DNA of 64,000 bases, taken from the NCBI RefSeq assembly GCF_006345805.1, contig NC_043022.1, positions 11,656,001 to 11,720,000 of the forward strand, read 5' to 3'. Shown piece by piece: positions 13,236 through 28,611 of the stretch. Each line of letters begins with the position of its first letter. Position 1 is the first letter of the stretch. The translations under genes were made by a program, and so were the position numbers. Below the pieces are notes generated by a model, which saw nothing but the letters and a program-made list of their open reading frames with translations, did no database searches and had not been told where the DNA came from. Source of the stretch: Octopus sinensis. Taxonomy: Eukaryota.

Positions 13236-13474
13236 ATATATATATATATATTGTTTCAGTCATTTGACTGTGGCCATGCTGGAGCACCTCCTTTAGTCAA
13301 ACAAATCCCCAGGACTTATTCTTTGTAAGCTTAGTACTTATTGCATCGGTGTCTTTTGCCGAACTGCTAAGTGACAGGGACATAAACACACCAACATCAG
13401 TTGTCAAGCAATAGTGGTGGGTGGGGAGCAAATACAGACACACAACATATAAAAACACACACACACACACACAC

Positions 13475-13539
<65 letters not shown>

Positions 13540-14186
13540 ATGGGCTTCTTTCAGTTTCCATCTACCAAATCCACCCATAAGGCTTTGGTTGGTCTAAGGC
13601 TATGGTAGACAACACTTGTCCAAGGTGCCATGCAGTGAAACTGAACCCGAAACCATGTGGTTTGTAAGCAAGCTACTTACCACACAACCACTCCTGCTCC
13701 TATATTAGTAAATATATATATATATATATAATTATACTTGTTATTATTATTGAACAGTGTGAATGAGTGCTCAACACCACATTGGTGGATATTCTTTATT
13801 CGTAAGTTAACCAGACTGCCATTGGTTTCATGTTGCGCAAAATATCTCTCAGCAATTATTCGAGTCTATCACATGGGATATTGGTGTTCATCTCCATCTT
13901 GGATGAAAACAGCTAAGATGGAGACAAACACCAATGTCCCATGTGAACATGAAACCAATGATAGCTGAAATTGCGAGGATGATCTGGTCCTTGACTCAAG
14001 ATTAGAGGCTTTGAATGACCCATCCGTTTTTTGTGTCGTCTATTTGAATGTTTTGCGTTCTTGTCCCATTTTGTATTTTTATATATATTTTTTATACATA
14101 TATATATATATATATGTAAGTTCTGGGATTGATTTGTTTGACTAAAGGTGGTGCTCCAGCATGGCCACAGCCAAATGACTGAAACA

Positions 14187-14229
<43 letters not shown>

Positions 14230-14514
14230 CATACATACATACATATTTATAGGACAAGGTAGAAAATGGTAAAACGATTTTATTATGAAGAACATTTTGG
14301 TACCGGTTTCAGCCTTTGCGACTTTTTCAACTTAGAGTAAAGCATGAAAAATATTAAATGAAATGACTTTTTAAGATATTTCAATAGTATACAAATACTT
14401 GGTACATTTTCCTTTTTTCTGTCTGTCTGTCTGTCTGCCTGTCTCTCTCTCTCCCTCTCTTTTACTTTGTGAAGGCTTGGTAGGTATGTAGTAGCAGTCT
14501 AAAGAAATATTTGT

Positions 14515-15628
<1,114 letters not shown>

Positions 15629-15994
15629 CTGTAGCCCACTGAATGTTGGTACAATAAAAATATTAAAAATGATCAAATACTCTATTTTTCATGGAACTAT
15701 TTTATTAGCTTTTCAATTAGAGTTATCTCCCTTCCCTCGCCATTGCTTCAGTGACTTTTGCCAATACCTCTCACACAGCTTCAAATTCTCGTTTCTAATA
15801 AACTGATTAAAGAAATGGAAGGATTTGTTTCTTGATGGATTCCTGTGTTTTTTTTTTTCAATATATTCTTTGTTTGATACTTCGACTGGTTCACGTCTTT
15901 ATTTGCTGAAAGACATTCTCCTACCAGGATCACAGCCGAAAGGTTGAAATAGGTAAGACATACATTCATGCATGCATACATGCATACATACACA

Positions 15995-16330
15995 CACACC
16001 TGATATTATGATTTGGGATAGAAAAGAGAAACAGTGTACAGTTGTGGAAATTATCTGCCCAGCAGATGTTAATTTAAAGCTGAAGATCAGTGAAAAAGAG
16101 AATACCTACACTGAGCTATTGAGAAATCTGCAGTTACTATATCCAGATTACAAGTTCAGGTTTATACCTGTAAATATTGGGCCCTGGGATATGTAACACA
16201 CTGTCTAAACACCACTCTTGAGAAATTAGGTTTCTCAAAACCAGAAAGGAGAAAGCTAATTTGAAGACTACAGATCTAATCCATCACTAGAAGTGTAAAA
16301 CTTTCTAGAAGTTTGTCATTTAAATCTATA
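15995..16330 (+). mobile_element. Non-LTR retrotransposon restriction-like endonuclease fragment
   Basis: PDIMIWDRKEKQCTVVEIICP...EKENTY matches the PD-(D/E) RLE motif of R2/R4/NeSL-group elements. Confidence 0.7.
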
Positions 16331-17204
16331 TGAGCATGTCTAGATATGCAACTATGTGCATGAGAATACATAAAGCAAAACATACAAATCTACACATTCA
16401 CATACATACATAAATACATACATACATACAAAAATACCCTGTTGTTGATGTTGAAATTCCAATGAAGGAGCCTTGGATTTAGGTTAGAAACCGGCTCTTT
16501 TTCTATTAGCGAAAATTTTTTAAATAAAAGTGAAAAACGACATACATACATACATTACATACATACATACATTACATTCATACATACATACATGTGTGGA
16601 CACCTACACACATACAAAGAGAGAAAGAGGGAGGTGGGGAGAAGAAAGAGATGATTGTTGTTTCACATTCATATGAATTGCAATTAAGTACACAATACTG
16701 TAAGACAGGGCGGAATAACAACATTTATTGAAAGGTGAATCTTGTGAGTCACTGCTATGAGATTCTCATTCTTGTTCCACAGTCCCTGCTGTGTGTGTAT
16801 TGAATTTTCTGTATACTGGTATGTAAAAGGTATGTAGAGCTGATTTTCTTTAACAAAAGGTAAAACTTAGCCATTCAATAAATAGACACTGATAAAATAA
16901 GGGTGACACTGGAATACAAACTGGAGTTAATATAGTGTGTGTGTGTGTGTGTGTGTGCATATGTATTATTATGAGAAGCTATAACTGTTTACCATTGTCA
17001 GGGAAAGAGTGTTTTGTAGATTAACGGTACTGGGTTACAATACTCTGCTAGAGGTAGCCAAGGACCAAATTAAACTGGACAATGGATTTAGGATTGCTAA
17101 TCAAGCACTCAGAATGCAGAGCTGCAACAAAAGCTTGTCTGTTGCTCAGACAATTCTGCCACTCTGGCTCTCTTCACTCGGATTTTATTTTATTGACCTC
17201 ATTT

Positions 17205-17263
<59 letters not shown>

Positions 17264-18495
17264 TATCTGTCAATCATTTTCACACAAACAAATGAAAAGG
17301 GCCTCAAAACATCAGGTTCTTCAGTTCTAATGGCAATTAAACTTAAGAAATATCTTCTGGAATGTAAAAGCAATCAATCTATCACTAAATTTAACTCTTT
17401 CATTGCCATATTTCTGTTGAAATACATTGCTATTTTTTTTTTTTCAATTAATTTTGAAAATAATGACAAATTTTGTAAAATAACTTTGTTATTATTAAGC
17501 TGGTGTATGGGACTGCAAATATGAAATTTTGATGGAAGATTCTAATTTAGATCACATTAACCCTTTTGTTACCATATTCTTCTTGAAACACATTGCCTTT
17601 TTTTTTCAATTAATGATGAAAATAATGAAGACTTTAGTAAAATAGCTTCATTGTTATTAAGCTGGTGCTTGGGACATAGAGTAATATGACATTTTGATAG
17701 GAGGTTTTTATTTAGATAACTTTAAACCTTTAACATTTAAATTGGCCATATCCAGTCCTATATTCTACCTGTTTTATGTTCAAACTGACCAGATCTGGCC
17801 TCTCACACCTACCCTACTATGTCATCCTAAAAACAAACAGTCACATCATTGAAATCTCAAGGCTGTGACATAATGCCTTATTACTTGGAAACAATGTCAA
17901 TGAAGGAGCAAAGCATTTGACAGAGTAATCTGAATATGAAAGGATTAAAATAGGAAGTTTGTATCAGAGATAGTCTCAAGTGGGTTGGTATCAAAATGGC
18001 TAATGTTAATCACAGGTGTATGAGTTTTAGAAGTTTCCCCCCTCTCTTTCTCATGCACACACTCCCCCTCTCTCTCTCACGCTCTCTCCTACTCGCTCTA
18101 CTCCCCCCCTTTCACTTACTGAGATCTGAGAAGTAAAATGCAACTGATACTTCAGTATTGAGACTTTTACTAGTTTAGCCACACCCACTAAAATCTATGA
18201 ATTCACATCCAATGATATGGGGAAATCCTGATGACAACCTGCTGTCAATCATAAAGTTCCTTCATTTAGCCACTCCCACCAGTCTTGCTTACAACCAAAA
18301 ACTTATCAAATCATAAAACCAACACACACACACACACACACATTACAATCACATATACACACATATCTTTTATGTATGTGTGTATATAAATACATATAAG
18401 CACACATATACATTACATATAACCACACACACACATACATTACACTACCTTGCAGTGTTCCTAATAAGAAGAAGAAATAAGATTTGAGAGAAAAC

Positions 18496-18550
18496 ATGTC
18501 GGCTCAAGGCTTACATTGGTTTGTCATACCTTTATGTCTTCTAATATCAG
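18496..18550 (+). CDS. Ly6/uPAR gene B, first coding exon (signal peptide)
   Basis: aaaacATG start, MSAQGLHWFVIPLCLLIS plus G, donor CAG|gtaaga, phase 1. Joins the 22253 exon in frame to give ...LLISVLRVTSLQC. A possible upstream acceptor ccttgcag ends at 18455. Confidence 0.8.
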
Positions 18551-20146
18551 GTAAGAAACTTTGTAAATATCTCTCAACTAATAATCATTTCTTTTGGATT
18601 ATGTGAGAATGTATTTGAATCAGAATTAATGTTTGCTTGTTGAGTCTTTATCTATTTCGTTTACTCTCTACAAGTCCTTATGTCTCTCTCTCTCTCTCTA
18701 CCACAGCCAGACATTCCTTGTCTCTGTTGAATTCATCATCTCTCTAAATATATGTCTGCCTGTCTATCTGTTTGTCTGGCTGTCAGTTTGTCTGTCTCAT
18801 TTTGTCTGCCTCCATCTCTAATTACCTCTCTGTCTCATCAGTCTCTAAGTCCATCTCTCTATTTATCAACCTCTTCCTGTTTGTCTAACCCTGTTGTTGT
18901 TTTTGTTGTTTAGTTCCTCATTAGCCTTCACAGAGCAGACATAAGATCAAATGGGCTTTAAGCCATGTCTACATCATTCTTCACCCAAACATTCTGTATA
19001 TCAAACCACATTACCTAAAGAGCCCCTTTTTGAAAATAATATTTGAAGTTGTAGAAGATTTTACTGCTATTTCTAGCATTCTGAACAATCATGTAAAACT
19101 TCTTTGTTCATGTGTTATTAATTTGTGGGTGCGGTGTATGGATATATGTTGCACACACACAAGAATGCTGTTTTGAGGTGAGGGGTTAATTGGTTTGGTC
19201 TGAAGAAGATTTTACCCCTGATACACTCACAGGGTCCCACAGGGTTCTCAGTCATTTGCATGTTAAGTGCACAAGCAAGCTGCTCCATTGATGGGATTAA
19301 CTGGGACACTTCTCATCATAACTAACAAATAACCGACTGTGGGCCAGTTATTTTGTATGTAATGTACATGTGCAACATACGTGATGCATGCATGACTGTT
19401 GTATGTGTGTGTTGCCTATTCTGTCTATGTTTGTGCTGTATGTGATGTATGTGTGGAGGTTGTATATATATGTGTGTGTCTGTGTGAGAGTGTGTGTGTT
19501 GGCTATGATGTGTGTATGTGTTGGCGAGCTGGAAGAAACGTTAGTATACCTGGCGAAATGCTTAGCGGTATTTCATCTGTCGTTACGTTCTGAGTTCAAA
19601 TTCCACCAAGGTCGACTTTGCCTGTCATCCTTTCGGGGTCGATAGATAAAGTACCAGTTTTGCACTGTGGTCGATGTAATTGACTTAATCCCTTTATCTG
19701 TCCTTGTTTGTCCCCTCTATGTTTAGCCCCTTGTGGGCAGCAAAGAAATATATGATGTTTTTTTACATGCTGTATGTGTTGTATATGTAATGTATCTGTG
19801 TGCATTGCATGTGTTGTATGTGAGTGTTGTGTGTGATGTATATGACACCATCATCATCATTTACCTTTCCATGCTGGCATGAGTAAGATGGCTTGATGGG
19901 AAACTGCTGAGCTCAATATTTCAACTTGTTTTCTCATCTCCTCACAAAGTTAATTCGGTTTTCAAATAATGGCATTTTTGTTAGCTAATATGCTCTTCTG
20001 TTATATGGAAAATTATTAGATGTAAGTGATCATATGGTGCAGAGATCACAGCAATTAAGGAAAGAAAAGGGTATTTTGGCTGATCCTGACCCAAAGGAGA
20101 GCGAGAGAGCATTTGAATATTCTATCTACTTATCTATCTGTGTATG

Positions 20147-21012
20147 TACAGGGTGCATAAGGTATTTGAGAGCATACCATTTTTGGGTCATTGCTGCATT
20201 TTTTACTAACTCAGTATAATCTTTGTTTCAGAAAAAAATAATGGTAGACCCTCAGTTTACTCAACAAATGAAGAGGCATGGTGTTCTTGTGGTTATAAAG
20301 GCTGATCATAAAGATTTAGAAATATCTTGATTTTTGAAAGTTGCCAGATCTTTTGTCTACAAAGTTTGTAAGGAGCTAGAGACTGAAGATGAAAACGTAT
20401 CACCAGTATCAAAGCATAAAAAGCATTCTAAACGCCCTGAAATCATCAGAACACCTGAATTTCTCCAGCAAGTTCAACAGACCATTGATTACAATCTCAG
20501 AAAGTCCATGAGGTCAATTGCATTAGATCTCCATGTTTCAGGTGAAACAGTCAGAAATGTTGTCCACAAAGACATCAGATATAGCTCTTATACGATGAGG
20601 AAAGGTCAATTTGTCAGAAAAAGGAAAAGAAAATCACTACATTAGATCTAGAAGGTTCTTAAACAAACTGAAAAATCCAGCAGAAGAAGATCTAGTTTGG
20701 CTTTTCTCAAACGAGAAAAACTCCAACCAAGATCAAAAAGTTAGCAGAAGTAATATGCAGACCCTTCTGAAGTTACAAGTGTTATGCATACAAAATTTCC
20801 TACAACTGTCATGGTTTTGGGGATTGTCAGCAATAGCCTCCTTACTTCTTTACACAAGGCCTTAGCGTTAACTCTGCCACCTACATTGAGGTCCAGGAAA
20901 TATTTGTTAAGCCCTGGATAGACAGTGTAATGCAATGGAAGGCCATTTGTGTTTCAGCATGACTCTGCATTATTACACATGAAACTAGTAACACAGGAAT
21001 GGATGGCTGAAA
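20147..21012 (+). mobile_element. Decayed Tc1/mariner-superfamily transposase remnant
   Basis: Starts tacagggtg. HTH-like ORF 20334-20645 (KSMRSIALDLHVSGETVRNVVHKDI), FSNEK, and later an FQHDSA-like catalytic motif. Confidence 0.7.
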
Positions 21013-21019
21013 ATGAAGT

Positions 21020-21492
21020 GTATTCAGCTGAATAAAATTACTGCCATTGTTTGTCAACAACAACTATTGGCACTGTTATTTATGACATTGTCCATGCATT
21101 TGTACTGGTTTTAGCTTTAGAACATTAGGATTAGGGTTTTAGGGTTAGGGTTTTAGGGTTAAGGTTTTAGGGTTAGGGTTAGTGTTTTAGGGTTAGGATT
21201 TTAGGGTTAGAGTTACGGAAAAAAGTGAAAATGAACAAATTGGAGTGGGGATGCAAAAAAAGTCTTTCCGAAAATAGTAGCTGAAAAACAAGAAAAAGAA
21301 AAACCTAAGAGCAGTAGAAATGCTTGAACGATTGTGGAGGTGCTATGAAGTAAACATGCTTTAGATACACTCATTTATTCATACAAATGTAACTGAGATG
21401 AAATATGTCATAAATAACAGTGACAAACGAAATATACACTGCTGGAAGTTGTTGTTGAGAAACAACAGCAGTAATTTTATTCAGCTGAATAC
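21020..21492. mobile_element. MITE-like element with terminal inverted repeats and an internal TTAGGG-like array
   Basis: gtattcagctgaataaaattactgc... is inverted at ...gcagtaattttattcagctgaatac. Inner inverted repeat cactgttatttatgacat. Internal (TTAGGG/TTTTAGGG)n at about 21125-21215. Confidence 0.75.
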
Positions 21493-22182
21493 AAGTCATT
21501 GGTTGAAATTACCGAAATACGACAACTTTAGCATGAAATAACTTTGAAAATACAAACATTTCTCAACAACACTAAGAGTAAAAGATGTTTTATATGACAC
21601 ATTCGACCAGTGTCTGAAGTTTGAAAGTTTTAGATACAAAAAAATAATTTCTCAATCTGCCATTCAAAGGGTAAAGATCCGTTTGTTTTGTAACCACATG
21701 GTTTCAGGTTCAGTCTGAGTGCATGGCACCTTGGTTAAGCATCTTTTTGCATGGTCTGCCTCAGTCTGATCAATGGCTTATGAGTGGATTTGGTAGTTGG
21801 AAACTGTAAGGAAGCCAGTTGTGTGTGTGTGTGTGTGTGTAATCATGAAGTTGTCATTTCTACTTCTTTGCATGAACTCCACCCCACTCGCATGCACACA
21901 CACACACACACACAAACATACACACACACGCATGCACACGCATGCACACACATGCACACAAACACACACACACATTAAGGAAAGAAAATAAAACAGGACA
22001 TTGTTGTCATGCTTACATTTCCAGTGAATAATATTGTTATTCTGCAACAGTCTCACAGTTTTGAGAAACACCACCACTACCACCTCCACCAACACCACTA
22101 CCATCACTACCACTCTCCCCACTACCGACTGCTGCTACTCCCCATCACCACCACTAACCCTACTTCCCTACCTAACTACTAT

Positions 22183-22215
<33 letters not shown>

Positions 22216-22252
22216 CACTACTTCTCAAAAGTTAATGTCACTTCCATTGCAG

Positions 22253-22429
22253 TTTTGCGTGTCACCAGCCTACAATGTTTTCATTGTTCCAGCTCAGCTC
22301 CTGGTTCCAAATGTGAAACGGGTGTTAAGGAATTTGCCAAGTACAACAATTCTAAATTTGCACAAAACTGTTCTGACTACAGTTTTAAAGGCAAAGTTTT
22401 CTGTGCCATTGAAACCAAACATGTCAATG
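22253..22429 (+). CDS. Ly6/uPAR gene B, exon 2 (N-terminal half of LU domain, Cys1-5)
   Basis: ttgcag acceptor and ATG|gtaaga donor, 177 nt, phase 1-1. Translates (V)LRVTSLQCFHCSSSAPGSKCETGVKEFAKYNNSKFAQNCSDYSFKGKVFCAIETKHVN(G), with the LxCxxC start typical of LU domains and spacing C-x2-C-x8-C-x18-C-x10-C. Confidence 0.9.
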
Positions 22430-24302
22430 GTAAGAAAGATTTCTTCTTTTTCAAACCTATTCATTGTTTTTGTTGTCGTTGTTAGGTAAGAGAACAATGC
22501 ATGCCATCATGGGGAATCTGGAGTACAAATATCTGAAACCCAAAATACCCCTCATGACTACCAGTCTGATAAGAATACACCCAGCACATATGGTTATATG
22601 TGCATGACATGGTGATCTCATATCAAGATAGACAGCACATGACCTTGCCAGTGGGGCCCAGTTGGTATCTTCTCCGGGTTGAGTAGTGAATCATACTCAA
22701 AAGGTCCTTGAATAAGGGTTATTTAAGAATGATGAATGAAACACCCATGTTTCCAGGGGGTAAATTATTCAAACCCCAAAGAATCCCTCTAAATGCATGG
22801 CTATGATGCTCCCCCATTATTCATGCTCGCATATATCGTCAGCCACTAAGGGATATGCTCAGCTGATTAAGGTCAAGCAACTGACTAGCAAATCAGAATA
22901 TTTGCTGTAATTATTATTATTATTCCTTCATAACACAGTGTCGATAAAGATGCACCGGAGTCTTTAGTCATTTGTCAAGTCACAACAAGGACCTCAGACA
23001 GAAAATACTTTCCTTAAGATGTGCATTGTGTCCAGTAGGGCTGCTTCTTGCAAGACATCAATCTTGCATGGGTTTTCCAGCTGCCTTAAAAAGTTTTGAA
23101 GTTTCAATGGGATTGAGCCCAATGCTCCAATCACCACTAGTATCACTTTTATTATTATTATCATTAAGGCAGTGAGCAGGCAGAATCATTAGTATGCTGG
23201 ATGAAATGCTTTGCGGTATTTCACCCATTGCTACAGTCTGAGTTCAAGTTTTGCCAAGATCGACTTTGCTTTTACCTTTTTGGGGTCGATCAATTAAGTA
23301 TCAGTGGGACACTGGGGATTGATGTAATCGACTATACTCCTTCCCCAAAATTTCAGGGCTTGTACCTATAGTAGAAAGGATTATTATTATTATTATTATT
23401 GAGTGAGAGAGAAGTGCATGCCATCAAAGTAACACTGGGATAAAATATACAAAGCCCAGTAAACCCATCATGACTACCAGTCTGATAAGTTACACCAAGT
23501 ACATGCATCACAACCATATGTACACGACCTGGTGATCTCATGTCAAGATAAACAGCACATGACCTTGAAGGTGGGGCCCAGCCAGAATTTTTTTCAGGTT
23601 GAGTGGCCCATCTCACTCAAAAGGTCCTTGAATAAGGGTTGTTTAAGGATGATGAACAAAACACCCATGTTTCCAAAGCTGAATTATCCAAGCTTCAAAG
23701 AATTCCTCTCAACACATGACTTTGATGCTCTCCCACTACTTCTGCTCGTGATCAGAGATGCACATATTGTAAGCCACTAAGGGACATGCTTAACTGGTTA
23801 AAGTCAAACAACTGACAAGCAAATCTATGGTATTGAGCAGAATATTTGCTGTAGCCCATCTTTTATACCAAAACAAAATGTACATGATAACACTTCCAAT
23901 CAGTTAAGATCAGAAGCCATGAGAGCCACTGCTTGGTACTGCTGCATCAGGGCATTAATTATTATTATTATTATTAATATATGTTTATCAGTCAAGTTTA
24001 TTTGTTTGTTTTTCCGGGGACAAGATATCTCAAGAACCGCTGGATGGATTCGAAAAAACTTTCAGGAAAGTTTGGCCTCGTAACTGGCACGAACTGATTA
24101 GATTTTGGGATTGATCTGGTTCTCAACAAGGATTCTGGATTATTTTTCATATTTTCTTTACTTTACATATATATGTAAAGTTTCACATAGTTCTCTTGTA
24201 CACGCACATACATGCACACATCAAATGCCATTTATCTCCTCTACCTTCACCTCTCACCCCAGCTCTATTATATATATGTGTATATATATATATATGTGTA
24301 TA

Positions 24303-24377
<75 letters not shown>

Positions 24378-24699
24378 AAGTGAAGTTGCAAGGTACTGCA
24401 CGAATAGAATTATATATGAAAGAAGGTTTGAAAATGCAATTTTAAAAGATGTTTATTTACTTGAGCGGTTTCACTTTTTTAGAAAAAGATTGTCAAAAGT
24501 AACATGTAAAAGCTTTGTTGTGTTAGGTACCGGTTGTCACAAAATATTACAATACATATATACATTCTTTGATAATAAGAAGAACATGTTACAAGCAGTT
24601 TACAAGGAAAAATCTCCCAAGATTTTTCCTTGAAAACTGCTTTTAACATGTTGTCCACAATTTGAACTCATCAGCTATACAGACCACAAATTTGTGATT

Positions 24700-26000
24700 T
24701 GTATGGTTAACCTAGATAAGCATCATAGGAAGGGTCCCAGATACTGGAAGTTGAACGCGTCCTTCCCGGCACATCAGGCTTTCAGAGACCGACTTAGCAA
24801 GTTAGTCCATCGAAAGTTGACAGGTGCAGTCATCAACAACTGATGGTGGGTAACCCTAAAATGGGTGATGAGAGTAGAAGCTGTAGAATTTAGCAAAAAC
24901 TAGCAATAAAGAAAATTAGAGTAGAAGGAGACCTAGTTAGGAAATTAGAAGAGGAAGTCAGTAGAGGCATAGCAACCAACATACTGGCAGTCAGATTGGT
25001 TCTGAACCAATTCTTTAACACCAAGTATGAAGTTTGTATCATCAGAGCTAGGGTACATGCTCTAAATCAAGAAGGAATAAAAGCCATTTGATGGGCTTGG
25101 GTGGCTGAGGCGCAATGTGGTTATAAAACTACAATTTGGTCTTTGAGGGGTTGGGTTGGGTGCATGCTACATGAGTTCAAGCAGATTTGTGCAGAATTTC
25201 TGCAGAACCTTGCTGAACTGTATGGGGCGCTTGCTTTTCTGTGCAGGCTTGTGCGCTTGCTTTTCTGCTTCCTGTGGAAGGGACAGGTACCGCTTGTCAG
25301 ATGGTCCATTTGCTGTCAGCACCTGTTGCATGGAATGCATGGCTGATGATGCGTAGACATGCACTGAGGCTGCAACATCTCTAATGATACTTTAACGGTG
25401 AGCAGATGTGGTTGCCGTTTGTTGGATGCGCTTTCCTGCAGCTCATCTCCTTGATGGAGCTACAGTCCAGGATCAGGTGTACACCAAGGCAGAGTGCTTG
25501 GTACGTGGAGTGTCTCCAGGTGATTACAGCCTTTGGTCAATCAGGCAATGCAGTTGGTGGAAGTTCCACCTTTGAGTTCTATAGGGGGTTAGTGGAGGGC
25601 AAGAGTGGCGAGTTCTCGGAGAGGTTCTGAGTGTCAGGAGGGATCAACTGGCTGGTCTCTTCCAGAAGACTTTTGGGCCAGGGCCTAGAAATCCCTGGCC
25701 CGGAAGTGCTATTGGGGAGCTCTGCCAGATCATGACAAGCTCTACAGGCATAGGTGTGCAGTCAGACAGGCTTGTCCGAGATGCACACAGATGAAAGCGT
25801 TCTGCATGCTCTCATACAGTGTCCATGCATTGCTGACTTGTAGAGCTTTGTCGAACAGTTATTGTCATATGTAGGATGGATCCGGCTATTGTCCAAATCC
25901 ATCATGAAATTCGCCCCGCCTCCTTCCTTTGGAGGGGAAGGACAGGCAGTTTTTCTATCTGATGGCTATGGCAAAAGAGGTGGTGTGGTGGACTCAACTG
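24700..26000 (+). mobile_element. Decayed L1/Tx1-like LINE
   Basis: YWKLN-like motif (tactggaagttgaac) near 24742 and C-terminal CPRC...VLHALIQCP zinc knuckle near 25770. GC-richer than the flanks, many stops. Confidence 0.65.
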
Positions 26001-26119
26001 AAAGCATTAGGAAGGGCATCCAGATGTAGAAACCATGCCACAACAGACAATTGGAGTCTAGACAGCTCCTGTCAAATCATCCAACCTATGCCAACAAAGA
26101 TTAAATGATGATGATGATG

Positions 26120-26158
<39 letters not shown>

Positions 26159-26426
26159 TATTATTATTATTATTATCATCATCATCATCATCATTAGGGC
26201 AGCAAGTTGGCAGAATCATTAGCAAGCTGGATGAAATGCTTAATGGCATTTTGCCTGTTGCTATGTTCTGAGTTCAAATTCCGCTGAGGTCGACTTTGCC
26301 TTTCATCCTTTCAAGGTCGTTAAATTAAGTACTGGTGAAACACTGGAGATCGACATAATTGACTAGTCCCCTCCCCCAAAATTTCAGGCCTTGTGTCTTT
26401 AGTAGGAATGATTATTATTATTATTA

Positions 26427-26468
<42 letters not shown>

Positions 26469-27131
26469 TAAGGTGGTAAACTGGCAGAATCATTAGCACA
26501 CTGGACCAAATGCTTAGTGGCATTTCACCTGTTGCTACATTCCAAGGTCAACTTTGCCTTTTATTCCTTTGGAGCTGATAAATTAAGTACCAGTAAAACA
26601 CTGGGGTCGATGTAATCAATTTATCCCCTACCCCAAAATGGCTGCCCTTGTGGCAAAATTTGAAACCATTATTATTATTAATTACTATTATCATCATCAT
26701 CATTGCAGCGAGCTAGCAGAATCATTAGCACATTGGACAAAATGCTTAGCAGTATTTCGCTCATCATTATGTTCAAACTCTGCCAATGTCAACTTTGCCT
26801 TTCATCCTTTTGGAGTCAATAAATTAAGTACCAGTGAATTTGTGATTAAGTTCTTTTACCTAATCAATGTTGATGGTGGTAGTGGTGCTAAACTGAGCAG
26901 TGCATCAGCTTTAATAGCTAAGAATTAAGAACATAAAATTTGAACTCAGAAAGCAGGTTGTCATAAAGTCATAAAGTGTGATATTACTGTATGTATATAT
27001 ATATGCATACACACACACACACACATATATACACGCACATATACACATATATATATATACACACACATACACACATATATTTATACACACATATACATAT
27101 ATACACACACACATATACATACACACACACA

Positions 27132-27181
<50 letters not shown>

Positions 27182-27548
27182 CATACAACTTTCAAGATGG
27201 TATAATTTGGTTGTTCATTTTGAACCGATAAAAAGGTTTTTTCAAATATTTTATGTATAAGTCTGTGTGTGTGTATATATGTGTTGGTATAAATATCAAC
27301 ACACAAAAATATTTTTTCTTCTCCACTTCCTCCCTTATTTTTATTTTTATTTTTATTTTTATTTTTATTTTTTTTTTATTCTTTATATTTTTATTTATTC
27401 TTTATATTTTTTATTTTATTTTTTATTTTTTGTTTTTATTTTATTTTATTTTATTTTTTTTAAAATTTTTTTAATTTTTTATTTTTATTATTATTATTTT
27501 TATTTTCCCTTTTCTCTTTTTGTCTCTCTCCCCTTCTCCAAACACACA

Positions 27549-27612
<64 letters not shown>

Positions 27613-28115
27613 CACACACAGACACACAGAGACACACACACACACACACACACCTCCACAGAATGATCATAGAAAGTGTGACCCCAAATGACATTTGCCA
27701 GGCCAACCTATGCACAACACACACTCAGTGACATTGAAATGGACGGCCAAAGTTCTTATAAAACCACAGGGGGTCCAGCAGACCAACGGAAATAACACTT
27801 CTTCACTCTCAGATATAAATGCGCACACACACACACACACACGCACACACACACACACACACACACATACACACATATTTTCTCTCTGTCTCACTTCCTC
27901 CTCACCCACTACTACGAAACTATAAAAAGGTTCAAACTACCCACAACTGATTTGATTTGAAAACCCACTAGAATGGGAGCAAGCGCTAATCCGAATGATA
28001 TGATATATATGTAAAAAATGTAATATATAAATAAATATCTACAAATATGAACCATCTGATCTGATTACCTCAATTTTTCTAATATATAATACCTGTACAT
28101 CATCTCCAAACCTTC

Positions 28116-28172
<57 letters not shown>

Positions 28173-28611
28173 AGGCTATTAGACCATAGAAATTGTTACC
28201 TGGCTAAAGATCAAACACTGAATGGCAATGTGGATGAGTGACCCTAATGACCACATGTGGTTTGGCATACTAATGACCCCAGATTCATCCTCAATATAAT
28301 ATTGGTTTCAAATTTTTCCACAAGGCCAGCAATTTCAGGTAAGAAGGTAAGTTGATTGCATCAACCCCATTGCTCATCTGGTACTTATTTTATTGACCCC
28401 AAAAAGATGAAAGGCAAAGTTAACCTCAGCAAAATTTGAACTCAGAACATAAAGACAGACAAAATGCTGCCAAGTATTTTACCTGGATTCTGCCAGCTCA
28501 CCACCTTCATTCACAGTAATAATTGTGGACTAACAGTGCTTTGTAATTAACGAAAATTATAATTAACTTATCAACAATTTTAAAACATTCTTTTTTTTTT
28601 TTATCTCTTAG

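Noticed and set aside
12894-13287. Minus-strand ORFs here and at 58061-58837 that look protein-like
   Set aside because: They are antisense shadows of the + strand LU terminal exon, which has the acceptor, Cys pattern and paralog support.
17009-17206. ORF ending SCNKSLSVAQTILPLWLSSLGFYFIDLI, resembling a CN plus GPI tail
   Set aside because: Only one Cys downstream of a usable phase-1 acceptor, no IIRxC motif and a weak pyrimidine tract.
22034-22250. Thr-rich mucin-like ORF upstream of gene B exon 2
   Set aside because: It is an (ACC/ACT)n trinucleotide repeat in the intron. The acceptor at 22252 gives the 177-nt exon matching gene C.
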